From the NCBI GenBank assembly GCA_951813325.1, contig OX638350.1, positions 1,901,954-1,965,953 on the forward strand: a stretch of 64,000 nt of DNA, given 5' to 3'. Positions 38,793 through 48,506 of the stretch are shown piece by piece; positions within the stretch are counted from its first letter, which is position 1; the number at the start of each line of letters is the position of its first letter. The notes under the pieces are model-generated. The model worked only from the letters and a program-made list of their open reading frames with translations, was not told where the DNA came from and did no database searches. The DNA comes from an uncultured Acidimicrobiales bacterium. GTDB taxonomy: Bacteria; Actinomycetota; Acidimicrobiia; Acidimicrobiales; Bin134. The position numbers were made by a program, and so were the translations under genes.

Positions 38793-39572
38793 CTAAACGA
38801 TCCTCAGCTCTTCGAGCAGGGCGATGATGCGCTCGTGGGCGTCGCCCTCGTCGGTGATGATCTCGCCCGCCTCCCGCTCGGGTGCGGGGCTGACATCGGT
38901 AATCTGCTGGCCGCCGCCGGCCCAGCCCACCTGGTCGGCGCCGATGCCCAGATCGCCGATCCCCACCTGGTCCATGGGCTTGGACTTGGCTGCCATGATG
39001 CCCTTGAACGACGGGTAGCGGGGCTCGACCACCCCGGCGGTGACCGATACCACCGCGGGCATCGGGCATCGGACCTCGTCATAGCCGGCCTCGGTCTGGC
39101 GCTTCACGACCACCTCGCCGCCCTCGGCCTGGATCTCCTTGGCGAAGGTGACCGAGGGAAGCTCCAGCAGCTCGGCCACCTGCTCGGGAACCGTGCCGGT
39201 GTAGCCGTCGGACGACTCGGTGGCGGCCAAAATCAGATCCGCTTGGGCTCGGCCGATGGCCGCGGCCAGAACTCGGGCGGTGCCCAGGGCGTCGGTTCCG
39301 GCCAATGCCTCGTCGCTCACCAGTATGGCCTTGTCGGCCCCCATGGCCAGCGCGGAGCGCAGCCCGTTCACCTCTTCGTGAGGGGCCATCGACACCAGGG
39401 TCACCTCGCCCTCGCCGGCGGCATCGCGCAGCTGGAGGGCCATCTCCACCCCATAGGAGTCCGACTCGTCCATGATGAGCTTCATGTCCCGCTTGAGGGT
39501 GTTGGTCTCCGGATCGAGCTCCCCGGGATCGGCCGGATCGGGGATTTGCTTCACGCAGACGACAATGTCCAT
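38793..39572 (-). CDS. etfB: Electron transfer flavoprotein beta subunit
   Basis: 'MDIVVCVKQIPD' start; internal ATG start. Confidence 0.85.
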   Translation of the reverse strand: MDIVVCVKQIPDPADPGELDPETNTLKRDMKLIMDESDSYGVEMALQLRDAAGEGEVTLVSMAPHEEVNGLRSALAMGADKAILVSDEALAGTDALGTARVLAAAIGRAQADLILAATESSDGYTGTVPEQVAELLELPSVTFAKEIQAEGGEVVVKRQTEAGYDEVRCPMPAVVSVTAGVVEPRYPSFKGIMAAKSKPMDQVGIGDLGIGADQVGWAGGGQQITDVSPAPEREAGEIITDEGDAHERIIALLEELRIV

Positions 39573-39748
39573 AGCGCACAAGTCTCCCACCACGCTCCGG
39601 GCTCGCAAAACCAAACGAGGGGGAACTGAGGGCAATTGCCGACAGCCGCGTTTCTTTCCTCAAACAGGCAAGCGGTAGCGTAGAAAGCCTGAAAGTCCTG
39701 CTTCTCGTCAACCCCCACGCATCCTCGGTCACCGCCCGGACCCAGGTC

Positions 39749-40606
39749 GTGATTCAAAAGGCACTGTCAGCTGACCACGAGGTGACCCTCGCGGCCACCC
39801 ACCGGAGGGGACACGCCTCGCGCCTGGCCCACGGAGCGGTGGCCGATGGCTGCGACGTGGTGGCGGTGCTGGGCGGCGACGGCACGCTCAACGAGGCAGT
39901 CAACGGGCTGGCTGCCTCCAACGTTGCGCTGGCTCCGCTTCCCGGAGGGTCGACCAACGTGTTCGCCCGAACCATCGGTCTGCCCGACGACCCCGTAGAG
40001 GCGGCCGCCATGCTGCTGGAAACGCTGGCCGTCGGCAATATCCGGCGTGTGGGGCTGGGACAGGTGAACGGACGGTATTTCATCTTCCACACCGGGGTGG
40101 GATATGACGCCGCCGTGGTGCAACAGGTGGAGCGACGGGCCGGGCTGAAGCGATACGCCAACCACGCCCTGTTCGCCTTCGCAGCCGTGGACACTTGGAT
40201 GCGCCAATACGACCGGTCGCGCCCCCGGTTCACCGTCTATCACGCCGACGGCGAGGCGGTGACCGGCCAGTTCGCCATCTGCCTCAACACCGATCCCTAC
40301 ACCTATCTGGGGTCGCGCCCGTTCACCGTCATTCCCGAGACCACCTTGGATGGGCCCCTGTCCTTGGTGACCCTGCGGTCGCTGCGGGCCAACCGGCTCC
40401 TGCGGGTGGCGGCCAGCGCCCTCGGCTACGGCCCTCCGGTGACCGCTCACCGCCACGTCCACTCCCGCACCGAGGTGGCCAGCGCCGTGGTGGCCAGCGA
40501 CACCTCCTTCCCCTATCAACTCGACGGCGACTACCTCGGCGAAACCACCCGCCTAGAGTTCCACCACGCCCCCGACGCTCTCGCCCTCGCCCTGCCTGTC
40601 CTGTGA
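39749..40606 (+). CDS. Diacylglycerol kinase catalytic-domain lipid kinase (YegS-like)
   Basis: 'GGDGTLNEAVNGL...PLPGGSTNVFAR'; true start probably upstream. Confidence 0.7.
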   Translation: MIQKALSADHEVTLAATHRRGHASRLAHGAVADGCDVVAVLGGDGTLNEAVNGLAASNVALAPLPGGSTNVFARTIGLPDDPVEAAAMLLETLAVGNIRRVGLGQVNGRYFIFHTGVGYDAAVVQQVERRAGLKRYANHALFAFAAVDTWMRQYDRSRPRFTVYHADGEAVTGQFAICLNTDPYTYLGSRPFTVIPETTLDGPLSLVTLRSLRANRLLRVAASALGYGPPVTAHRHVHSRTEVASAVVASDTSFPYQLDGDYLGETTRLEFHHAPDALALALPVL

Positions 40607-40757
40607 ATCCTGCCGCCATCCAGGACTCTGCGGCATCGAGCCCAAGCCCGGCTCGGTGAGATCCGATGACGGGCACACCTGGCTCATGCTCTTCGAAACG
40701 CCGCTGGCCGACGGGCTGTTCGAGGCCCATTGGCGAGTGGCAGCAGTCAAGTGTCCC

Positions 40758-41471
40758 TCAGTCTTTTTCATGCAACACCGAACGAGCCACATCGGGCACG
40801 TCGGTGATCACCGCATCAACGCCCATAGCGGCCAGTTGGGCGATTTGGCCGGGGTCGTTGACGGTCCAGACGTTGACCTCGAGACCGGCGGCGTGGGCGG
40901 TGTCGATGAGGGTTCGGCTGGTGGAGGCAAAGTAGGGGTGGATGGCGGTGTGGCCGGCGGCGACAACCCGGCCCACCAGCAGATCGGAGGCCAGCACCTC
41001 GAAGGTCAGATACGCCGTTGCAATCCCGGGATCGATAGCCCGGATCCGGTTGAGGGCTTCCATGTCGAACGACGAGATGATCACCTCTTTTCCGATCTCA
41101 TCGATACCCCAGCCCAGAACCAGCCCGGCCACCGCGGCCGAAACCTGGTGCTCGGCGTCGTAGTCGGGATCCCCGGGCGCGCTCTTGATCTCGATGTTGA
41201 TCACAAACTCCCGGCCCACCGCCGGGTCCCGACACACGTCCATGACCTCGGCCAGTGTCGGAACCCAGTCGGGCAGCTCGTCATCCTGCATATCGACGAT
41301 GGCCCGACCGTCGGGCAGATGGGCGTCGTGGTGAACCACCAGCACGTCGTTGGCCGTACGCCTCACGTCCAGTTCCACGCCGTCGGCATTCAACCGCACC
41401 GCGGCACGGAACGCATCCAGGGTGTTTTCCCGCTCGGCCGCCGATGCCCCCCGATGGGCGATAACCCTCAC
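40758..41471 (-). CDS. Glycerophosphodiester phosphodiesterase
   Basis: 'VIAHRGAS...ENTL.AF...GVELDV' GDPD motifs. Confidence 0.8.
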   Translation of the reverse strand: MRVIAHRGASAAERENTLDAFRAAVRLNADGVELDVRRTANDVLVVHHDAHLPDGRAIVDMQDDELPDWVPTLAEVMDVCRDPAVGREFVINIEIKSAPGDPDYDAEHQVSAAVAGLVLGWGIDEIGKEVIISSFDMEALNRIRAIDPGIATAYLTFEVLASDLLVGRVVAAGHTAIHPYFASTSRTLIDTAHAAGLEVNVWTVNDPGQIAQLAAMGVDAVITDVPDVARSVLHEKD

Positions 41472-41598
41472 GGGACCAATCTTGCCTTTCCGCTTACAAG
41501 ACCCATACTCACAGGACTAACAGCATTATCAACAATAGACACATTCACCACTAGCCCCTCTTGCCACACCACTTGAGCACCTCTATCCTTATCCCCAC

Positions 41599-41904
41599 GT
41601 GATTTCCAAAAGCTTGCTAGAAAAACTCGAGAACGCGGCGGATGATTGGCGGTGCCAGGCGGCCTGCCGCGATACCGACCCAGATCTCTTCTTCCCCGTA
41701 GGCAGCACAGGCTTGGCTCTAGAGCAGATCGAGTCGGCCAAGGTGGTGTGCCAGACCTGCCTCGCCCTGGACGATTGCCTGGAGTTCGCCTTGGCCACCA
41801 ACCAGGACTCCGGCATCTGGGGCGGCACATCAGAAGAAGAGCGACGCATGCTCCGCCGCCGACGGGTGGCAGAGCAGCGCGAAGCCGCTATCATCTCGGC
41901 CTAG
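41599..41904 (+). CDS. whiB1: WhiB-family transcriptional regulator (WhiB1-like)
   Basis: 4-Cys cluster 'CQAAC...C..C' plus 'GIWGG' turn; convergent with pdtaS as in M. tuberculosis. Confidence 0.8.
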   Translation: MISKSLLEKLENAADDWRCQAACRDTDPDLFFPVGSTGLALEQIESAKVVCQTCLALDDCLEFALATNQDSGIWGGTSEEERRMLRRRRVAEQREAAIISA

Positions 41905-42068
41905 TGGTGTGTCGTGGGTTTATTCGCGCGTGTCCTGCTAGGCAGCGACGCCCCTCGCGGCGTTGCCCCTCCTTGCCGTACGCTGGAAGTATGGCTGCGT
42001 CGGTGCGCCTTGCGAGGAACGCCGCTGCCGTCGCAATCCACGGCGCTAAACCCACGACACACCACTAG
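41901..42068. mobile_element. MITE-like element copy 3 (inverted orientation)
   Basis: Reverse complement of copy 2; its terminal CTAGs supply the TAG stops of whiB1 (41902-41904) and pdtaS (42065-42067). Confidence 0.8.
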
Positions 42069-43552
42069 CTGCCGGTAGGGGCGCGGCCCCCAAGAAGAGG
42101 GATCGCCACCTCCACCACGGTCCCGGGGCGGGGCGGATCCCCCTCGCCGTCGCTCATAGTGATGCTCCCCCGAAGGTCGGCGCCCACCAGATTCCCTACG
42201 ATGGCGATTCCCAGCCCATTGGCGTTGTCCACGTTGAACCCGGGCGGCAGTCCAACCCCATCGTCGGTCACCCGCACCTCCAACCAGTCGCCGTCGTTGT
42301 CCAATTCGATCAGCACCTGCCCGCCGGGCGGCTCGGGATAGGCATGGTCCATGACGTTTTGCAGGCATTCGTTGAGCACCACTGCCAGGGGCGTGGCCAC
42401 ATCGGCAGCCAGTTCCCCGGCATCGCCGGTCACTTTGAACTCCACCGGCCGGTCGGGACCAGTCAGCCCCTCCTCCACCATCCGCACCAGCGACCGCACG
42501 ATCTCCACGAACGGCACGTCGCTGCTGGCGTCGCGCGACAAGATCTCGTGAACGATGGCGATCGCCCGAATGCGCCTCACCGACTCCTCGATGGCGTCCC
42601 GAGCCTCCGCGGCAACGGCCCGGCGACCTTGCAGGCGCAGCAGCGAGGACACCGTCTGAAGGTTGTTCTTCACCCGGTGGTGTATCTCGGCGATGGTGGC
42701 GTCCTTGGACATCAGCAGGCGATCCCGGCGGCGAAGCTCGGAGATGTCCCGCACCAACACCAACGCGCCGGTCAGCTCTCCCCTGCCGATCAGGGGCAGA
42801 CAGCGCAGCACCACCGTGCCCCGATCGCCGTGCTGGATCTCCTCGGTCTGGGGCAGTCGAGAGGCGAACGCGGCCCGGATGGCCCGCTGCTCCAGGCCGA
42901 TCTCCGCCAGTCGGCGGCCCTCCACGTCGCTGTGGAGACCGATGCGGTGCAGGGCCGAGGCGGCATTGGGAGAAATCAGCCGAACTCGGCCTGATGCGTC
43001 CAACAGCATCAAACCGTCGCCCACCCGGGGAGACTCCTCTGTCTCGATGTCATCCACTGGGAAGGGGTACTCCCCTTCGGCAATCATGGCCGCCAGCCGC
43101 CGGAACAGCTTGAAGTAGCTCATCTCCAACTCGCCGGGGTTGCGCTGGATATCGGGATCGAACTCCCGAGCCATCACCGCGATCACCTCCCCGTGACAGC
43201 TGACCGGCACGGTGAGCGTGCGGATGCGGGGTTGGTCGGCGTGGCCGATGCGCCCGCCGTCGATGATGCGGCCCTCCCGGTAGGCCACGTCCACGAGCGG
43301 ACGCTGGTCAGGGGTGAAGCGAGCCCCCACCAAGTTGTTGCGATGGACAGACCGAGCTGTGGTGGGCCGGATCTGCCCCGCAATGGCATAGCTCTCCGGA
43401 CTGCGAATCCTGCGGCCGGCGGGCACGTACAGGAGCAAGTCGGCAAAGGAAATGTCGGCCAGCGGGGCCCACGTCCGCATGAGCCTCTGGAGATGGTTCA
43501 GGCGCGACTTGGGAAGGCCGGGTGCCAATTCCTCCAGGCTCGCCATCGTCAA
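42065..43552 (-). CDS. pdtaS: PdtaS-type sensor histidine kinase (GAF/PAS plus HisKA_2)
   Basis: H-box 'EIHHRVKNNLQTVSSLLRLQ', C-terminal HATPase; synteny with whiB1. Confidence 0.8.
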   Translation of the reverse strand: MTMASLEELAPGLPKSRLNHLQRLMRTWAPLADISFADLLLYVPAGRRIRSPESYAIAGQIRPTTARSVHRNNLVGARFTPDQRPLVDVAYREGRIIDGGRIGHADQPRIRTLTVPVSCHGEVIAVMAREFDPDIQRNPGELEMSYFKLFRRLAAMIAEGEYPFPVDDIETEESPRVGDGLMLLDASGRVRLISPNAASALHRIGLHSDVEGRRLAEIGLEQRAIRAAFASRLPQTEEIQHGDRGTVVLRCLPLIGRGELTGALVLVRDISELRRRDRLLMSKDATIAEIHHRVKNNLQTVSSLLRLQGRRAVAAEARDAIEESVRRIRAIAIVHEILSRDASSDVPFVEIVRSLVRMVEEGLTGPDRPVEFKVTGDAGELAADVATPLAVVLNECLQNVMDHAYPEPPGGQVLIELDNDGDWLEVRVTDDGVGLPPGFNVDNANGLGIAIVGNLVGADLRGSITMSDGEGDPPRPGTVVEVAIPLLGGRAPTGS

Positions 43553-43613
43553 AGTCTACGGGGTTCGGATCTGCCCCTTGGAGGCTGATCCAAGGGGATA
43601 GCCAGGGAGCGGC

Positions 43614-43844
43614 TCAGCTTCCGAATCCGATGGAACGACCGGCTGATGAGGGGTCCAACTCCACATAGGCCACGCTGGAGGCCGGAACCCCCACCTCGCG
43701 CCCTCGATTGTCGGTCAGCCACAGCATTTCGCCAGAGGCCAGACCCGAGGTGATGGCCTTCTTCACCGTCCCCACATCAGATTCGGGATCCAATTCCACC
43801 TCGATCTCCTTTTGGCTTCGGATTACGCCGATTCGGACGTGCAT
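43614..43844 (-). CDS. DUF3107-family protein
   Basis: 76-aa conserved actinobacterial protein pattern. Confidence 0.55.
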   Translation of the reverse strand: MHVRIGVIRSQKEIEVELDPESDVGTVKKAITSGLASGEMLWLTDNRGREVGVPASSVAYVELDPSSAGRSIGFGS

Positions 43845-43870
43845 GCATTGTCTCCTTGGGGTCGAGCTTG

Positions 43871-44713
43871 CTAGTTGATTTTGAGCTCGGGGCTGTAGAT
43901 CCGCCGGGGCGGGGGGTTGTCCACCAGGTGGGCGGCCATCGCCGAGAATGCCCGGCCGGCCTCAGAGTCAGGGGCCTCTGCTGCGATGGGGCGGCCTTGG
44001 TCAGCCCCCTCACGGAGGGCGGGCAGCAGCGGCACCTGCCCGATCAGGGGCACCTCCAGCCGGTCGGCCAGCTCCTGTCCTCCCCCGGCGCCGAACAGCT
44101 CATACCGCTTGCCGTCGTCGCCGGTGAACCAGCTCATGTTCTCGATCACTCCGCGAACGGTGAGGTTTACCTTCTCGGCCATGAACGCGGCCCGCTGGGC
44201 CACCCGCTGGGCGGCGGGCTGGGGGGTGGTCACCACATACACCTCAGAGCGAGGCAGGAACTGGGCCAGAGAAATGGAGATGTCCCCGGTGCCCGGCGGC
44301 AGGTCCACCAACAAGAAGTCGGGGTCGTCCCAGGCCACATCGGTAAGGAACTGCTCCAGCGCCTTGTGGAGCATCGGACCCCGCCAGATCACAGCCTGGT
44401 CCTCCTCGGCGAAGAACCCCATGGAAATGCACCGCACACCGTGGGCCTCAGGGGGAACGATCATCTCGTCGACCATCTGCGGGAGCTGGTTGATCCCCAG
44501 CATTTTGGGGACGGAGAAGCCCCAAACGTCAGCGTCCACCACCGCGGCGCGATGCCCAGCCGCGGCGAGGGCCACTCCCAGGTTCACTGTGACCGACGAC
44601 TTGCCCACGCCGCCCTTGCCGGAGGCGATCAGCATCACCCGCGTCGAGGAGCCGGGATCGGCGAAGGAGATGGTCCGGCCCGGCGGTGCGGGTGTGTCGC
44701 CTGCGGGAGCCAT
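43871..44713 (-). CDS. mrp: Mrp/ApbC-family Fe-S cluster carrier ATPase
   Basis: Deviant Walker A 'SGKGGVGKSSVTVNLG' plus CxxC. Confidence 0.8.
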   Translation of the reverse strand: MAPAGDTPAPPGRTISFADPGSSTRVMLIASGKGGVGKSSVTVNLGVALAAAGHRAAVVDADVWGFSVPKMLGINQLPQMVDEMIVPPEAHGVRCISMGFFAEEDQAVIWRGPMLHKALEQFLTDVAWDDPDFLLVDLPPGTGDISISLAQFLPRSEVYVVTTPQPAAQRVAQRAAFMAEKVNLTVRGVIENMSWFTGDDGKRYELFGAGGGQELADRLEVPLIGQVPLLPALREGADQGRPIAAEAPDSEAGRAFSAMAAHLVDNPPPRRIYSPELKIN

Positions 44714-44752
44714 GCCGGTAGATTACGGCATCGACTCAGAAATCCCTGTGCC

Positions 44753-45904
44753 GTGACCGGTCGCCACTATCTCGACCATGCCTCTACCTCGCCCATCCGG
44801 CCGGAGGCGGTGGCGGCCATGGACCGCTGGTGGGCCGCGGGCCACGGCGACCCCTCCCGGATGCACACTGAGGCGATGGCGGCCCGCTACGAGATCGAGG
44901 AAGCCCGTCAACAGGTGGCCGACTGCTTCGGCGCCCGGTCCCGCGAGGTTGTTTTCACCAGCGGGGCCACCGAGTCGATCGCCGCCGCGGTTCGAGGGGC
45001 GTCTCACCGGGGCGCCCACCAGGTGCTCAGCGCGGTGGAGCACTCCGCAGTGCGCCTGTCGGCGCAACGGCTCGGGGGTCGAAGCTCCTCTGGCCAAAGA
45101 CATCAGAGCACCGTGGTCGGGGTGGACAGCACCGGGCGGGTGGACCCCGACGAGATGGCGGCGGCCATCCAAGCTGACACCGCCGCGGTCCACTGCCAGT
45201 GGGCCAACCACGAGGTGGGCACAGTGCAGCCGGTGGCCGAAGTGGTCGCCGCCTGCCGAGAGCGGTTCCCCGATGTGCTAATCCATGTGGACGCGGCGGC
45301 AGCCGCGGGCCGGGTCCCAATCGACTTTGCCGAGACCGGTGCTGATCTGATGTCGATCAGCGCCCACAAATTCGGCGGCCCTCCGGGCATCGGCGCCCTT
45401 TTGGTGCGCCGGGGACTGCGCCTAGTGCCGCTGCTGGAGGGCGGTGACCAAGAACGGGCCCGGCGGGCGGGACTGGAGAACGGCGCGGCCATCGCCGGTT
45501 TCGCCGCGGCCTGCGCGGTGCTTGATGACGACGGATCGGAACAAGAGGCCAGCCGAGCTCAAACTCAAACCAACACGCTCCGCGACCGGGCTCAACGCCT
45601 CGAGGGCGTCGTGCTCTACGGCCATCGCACCCATCGCCTGCCCCACCTGGTGTGCCTGGGCATCAGCGACGTGGAGCCCCAAGCCGTGTTGATCGCCCTG
45701 GATCGGGCCGGCGTGGCCGCCCACTCCGGCAGTTCCTGCGCCTCTGAGTCGCTGGAGCCGTCCCCGGTGCTAGAGGCCATGGGGCTCGACGCCCACCACT
45801 CGCTGCGTCTCTCGGTGGGCTGGTCCACTGTCGACGAAGACGTGGATGCCGCCGCCCAGGCCTTGGAAGAAGCGCTGGCTGACCTGCGGCGCCTGCGGGC
45901 TTAG
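44753..45904 (+). CDS. Cysteine desulfurase (class V aminotransferase)
   Basis: PLP-lysine motif 'SISAHKFGGP', catalytic Cys 'HSGSSCAS'; GTG start. Confidence 0.8.
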   Translation: MTGRHYLDHASTSPIRPEAVAAMDRWWAAGHGDPSRMHTEAMAARYEIEEARQQVADCFGARSREVVFTSGATESIAAAVRGASHRGAHQVLSAVEHSAVRLSAQRLGGRSSSGQRHQSTVVGVDSTGRVDPDEMAAAIQADTAAVHCQWANHEVGTVQPVAEVVAACRERFPDVLIHVDAAAAAGRVPIDFAETGADLMSISAHKFGGPPGIGALLVRRGLRLVPLLEGGDQERARRAGLENGAAIAGFAAACAVLDDDGSEQEASRAQTQTNTLRDRAQRLEGVVLYGHRTHRLPHLVCLGISDVEPQAVLIALDRAGVAAHSGSSCASESLEPSPVLEAMGLDAHHSLRLSVGWSTVDEDVDAAAQALEEALADLRRLRA

Positions 45905-46266
45905 CCCAGCCAGTCGAAGAAGTCAGTACCGGCCAACGCGTTGGACATGCCCTGCAATTCCTCCACATGCAAGAACTCGAAGCCGGCAGCTTCGGCGTAG
46001 TAGCGGTCGACATCGGTGTCGCCGATGTGGATATAGCGGGTGGCCTCAAACTGGTTCCGCACCTCGTCCAAATGGTGCTTGCCCCCAACGAAATCAACGT
46101 CGATCCCGTGGATGTCCCAGAGGCGCTGCTGATCGGAGCGCACCCGGTCAGAGCCGCTGCCCACCACATAGCCCCTGGCCTTGGCCTGCCGCATGGCCTC
46201 CAGCAAGATCGGCCCCGGCGGATCCCCGCACTCCAGCGTGCCATCGATGTCGAACGAGATCAGGAT
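45901..46266 (-). CDS. Small HAD-like hydrolase, non-canonical start
   Basis: HAD motif I 'FDIDGTL' lies just upstream of the ORF-track TTG start, with no ATG in frame after the preceding stop. Confidence 0.4.
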   Translation of the reverse strand: MLISFDIDGTLECGDPPGPILLEAMRQAKARGYVVGSGSDRVRSDQQRLWDIHGIDVDFVGGKHHLDEVRNQFEATRYIHIGDTDVDRYYAEAAGFEFLHVEELQGMSNALAGTDFFDWLG

Positions 46267-46280
46267 TTAGGCAGGTTAGT

Positions 46281-46355
46281 TGGCTCGGGAGGGAGGACTC
46301 GAACCCCCAATGACGGGACCAGAACCCGGTGTGTTGCCAATTACACCACTCCCGA
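46281..46355 (-). tRNA. tRNA-Gln (anticodon CTG, inferred)
   Basis: Cloverleaf folded by hand: acceptor TCGGGAG/CTCCCGA, D arm GTGT-AATTGGCA-ACAC, anticodon loop TTCTGGT, T-loop GGTTCGAGTCC, encoded CCA; sits beside gltX. Confidence 0.65.
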
Positions 46356-46584
46356 AGGCAGGGGCCAGTGTACTCCCCTGTTCTCACAGGGGGGCAACGC
46401 TTTCTTAGCACCGGATCAGCACGTCGCCCGTCGCTTCCACCAACCTGACGGTTTGGCTCAGATCAGGTGGACCAACCTCAGGGGGTCACGCCACTTGCTC
46501 TATTGACAACTTCGGCTCGCCTCTACGGGCTGTTTCGCAACCACAAGGCGCGAATGCGAGGCAACGAAAGGCTTCTGGCCAGGC

Positions 46585-47937
46585 TCAGAGCTGCGAGCGG
46601 GCGTCTCGCAGCCGGCGGAGCACCTCTTCGCGGCTGAGATGCTGCACCATGGGCTCGAACAGCGGGGGGCCTACTGATCGGCCGGTGACGGCGACTCGGA
46701 CGGGGGCCTGGGATTTGGAGCGGTTGACGCCGTTGGCCTCGCCCACTGCGAACACGGCGTCTTTGACTGATTCGGAGTCCCAGGGGCAGTCGGCCAGTGC
46801 GGCGATGGCGCCGTCGAGGATCTCGGCTGAGGCCCTGCCCCGGACCACTGCCTTGTCCCACGATGCCTCGTCCATGGGGGGGTCGGGGCAGAACAGCCAG
46901 TCCACTTGGCGCTCGATGTCCGACAGGGTGCGAAGTTTCTCCTGCACGAGCGGGGCCATGGCGGCGACGACTTCGGGGCGATAGCGCTCTGTCGGCCAGG
47001 GCATCTGGTCGGATTCCAGATAGGGGGTTAGGGCCTCCAGCAGCTCCTCCGGGCTCAGCTCCCGGATGTACACCCCGTTGAAGTGCTCCAGCTTGGCTCG
47101 GTCGAAAAAGGCCGGTGCCTTGTTCACGTCCTCCAACCGGAACTGCTCGATGATCTCGGCCATGGGCCGAATCTCCACCCCGTCGCGCGGCCCCCAGCCC
47201 AGAAGGGCTAGGTAGTTGGCCATCGCCGGAGCCAAGAATCCCCGCTGCTGGTAGCTCTCCAACGACACGTCGTCGCGACGCTTGGACAACTTCTTGCGCT
47301 GCTCGTTCACCAGCAGCGGCAGATGGGCATAGATCGGAGGCGTCGCGCTCAATGCCTCGGACACCAATACCGCCCGGGGGGTGCTCGACAGCAGGTCCTC
47401 GCCCCGGATGGCGTGGGTGATGGCCATGTCGGCATCGTCGGCCGCATTGGCCAGCACGAAGGTGGGCGAGCCGTCAGAGCGCCAGATCACGAAGTCGCCC
47501 AGTTGGGCGTGGTCCACGGCGACCTCGCCCCGGATCACGTCGTCGATCACCGTGGTCCCCTCCGGGGTCCGGAACCGCACTGCCCGACCGTCGGCCATCT
47601 CGGTGCCGGGAATCTCGTTGTCGTCAGCATCGCACAGATAGGCCCGGCCGTCTCCCAACAACTGCTGGACTGCCTCGCGGTGTCGCTCACGGCGCTCCGA
47701 CTGGTACAGCGGCCCCTCGTCGTAGTCGATGCCTAGCCACTCCAGGTATTCGAAGATGGCTTGGGTCAGCTCCGGGCGGTTGCGGCTCTCATCGGTGTCT
47801 TCGATCCGCAGCACCATGGTCCCGCCAGTGGAGCGGGCGTACAGCCAGTTGAACAGGGCCGTTCGCGCCGAGCCGACATGGAGGTAGCCGGTAGGCGACG
47901 GTGCGAACCGCACCCGCGGCTGGTGAGTCGGGCTCAC
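46585..47937 (-). CDS. gltX: Glutamyl-tRNA synthetase
   Basis: 'SPTGYLHVGSARTALFNWLYAR' HIGH-region and 'KLSKR' class I motifs. Confidence 0.9.
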   Translation of the reverse strand: MSPTHQPRVRFAPSPTGYLHVGSARTALFNWLYARSTGGTMVLRIEDTDESRNRPELTQAIFEYLEWLGIDYDEGPLYQSERRERHREAVQQLLGDGRAYLCDADDNEIPGTEMADGRAVRFRTPEGTTVIDDVIRGEVAVDHAQLGDFVIWRSDGSPTFVLANAADDADMAITHAIRGEDLLSSTPRAVLVSEALSATPPIYAHLPLLVNEQRKKLSKRRDDVSLESYQQRGFLAPAMANYLALLGWGPRDGVEIRPMAEIIEQFRLEDVNKAPAFFDRAKLEHFNGVYIRELSPEELLEALTPYLESDQMPWPTERYRPEVVAAMAPLVQEKLRTLSDIERQVDWLFCPDPPMDEASWDKAVVRGRASAEILDGAIAALADCPWDSESVKDAVFAVGEANGVNRSKSQAPVRVAVTGRSVGPPLFEPMVQHLSREEVLRRLRDARSQL

Positions 47938-48482
47938 TGGTGAGTCAGCAGCTTGGATCTGTCCGCGGCGCAGGCGGTCTCAACCTCGCTGGGCGCCATC
48001 CGCAGAACCGCTTCCGGAACCAGGCCCACCAGGTGCCGGGCCTCGGCATAATGGTGGGGATGGCTGACGCCGGCGAACAAATCCTTGCGCCAGCCCACCA
48101 GCATCTCGTCGGGAACAGGGGGAAGAAAGCCGAATACCCGGAAAGCCACCTCTAGATCGGCGGTCACCGGAGCCCGACCGAAGCAGGCCGCCCGCTTCAA
48201 AGCCACTCCCAAGCAGCCGGCAATGGCATCGGCGGCGTGCTCTCCCGGACCCAGCAGCAACTGGCCTTCAAATCGCCGGGCCAGCCGCAGGGCATACCCC
48301 TGATCGGGTCCGGGCACGCCCCGCCCGGCACCCGTGGGCTGCCCTTCAGTCAGCTCCGCCGGCCGGTCAGCCAACCATGGTTGGGGCCGCCGCGGCGGCG
48401 AGACGTAGTGGCGGTCGGCTACCGCGGTGTCGTTGGGGACATAGTCAGGCGCGGCCATCACTGTCCTCCGAATCTCTGACAT
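47934..48482 (-). CDS. Conserved hypothetical protein
   Basis: ORF track; start region tandemly duplicated. Confidence 0.4.
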   Translation of the reverse strand: MSEIRRTVMAAPDYVPNDTAVADRHYVSPPRRPQPWLADRPAELTEGQPTGAGRGVPGPDQGYALRLARRFEGQLLLGPGEHAADAIAGCLGVALKRAACFGRAPVTADLEVAFRVFGFLPPVPDEMLVGWRKDLFAGVSHPHHYAEARHLVGLVPEAVLRMAPSEVETACAADRSKLLTHQ

Positions 48483-48506
48483 AGTCAGGCGCGGCCATCA
48501 CTGTTC
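48443..48506. repeat. 26-bp unit 'acatagtcaggcgcggccatcactgt' duplicated with 38-bp period over the start codon of 47934-48482
   Basis: Two exact copies read directly. Confidence 0.8.

Noticed and set aside
43856-44752. Upstream 300 codons of ORF 43856-45904
   Set aside because: Antisense to mrp; the cysteine desulfurase begins at GTG ~44753
46362-46584. Possible second tRNA (tRNA-Glu) between tRNA-Gln and gltX
   Set aside because: No T-loop GTTCRANYC or cloverleaf could be folded from this stretch
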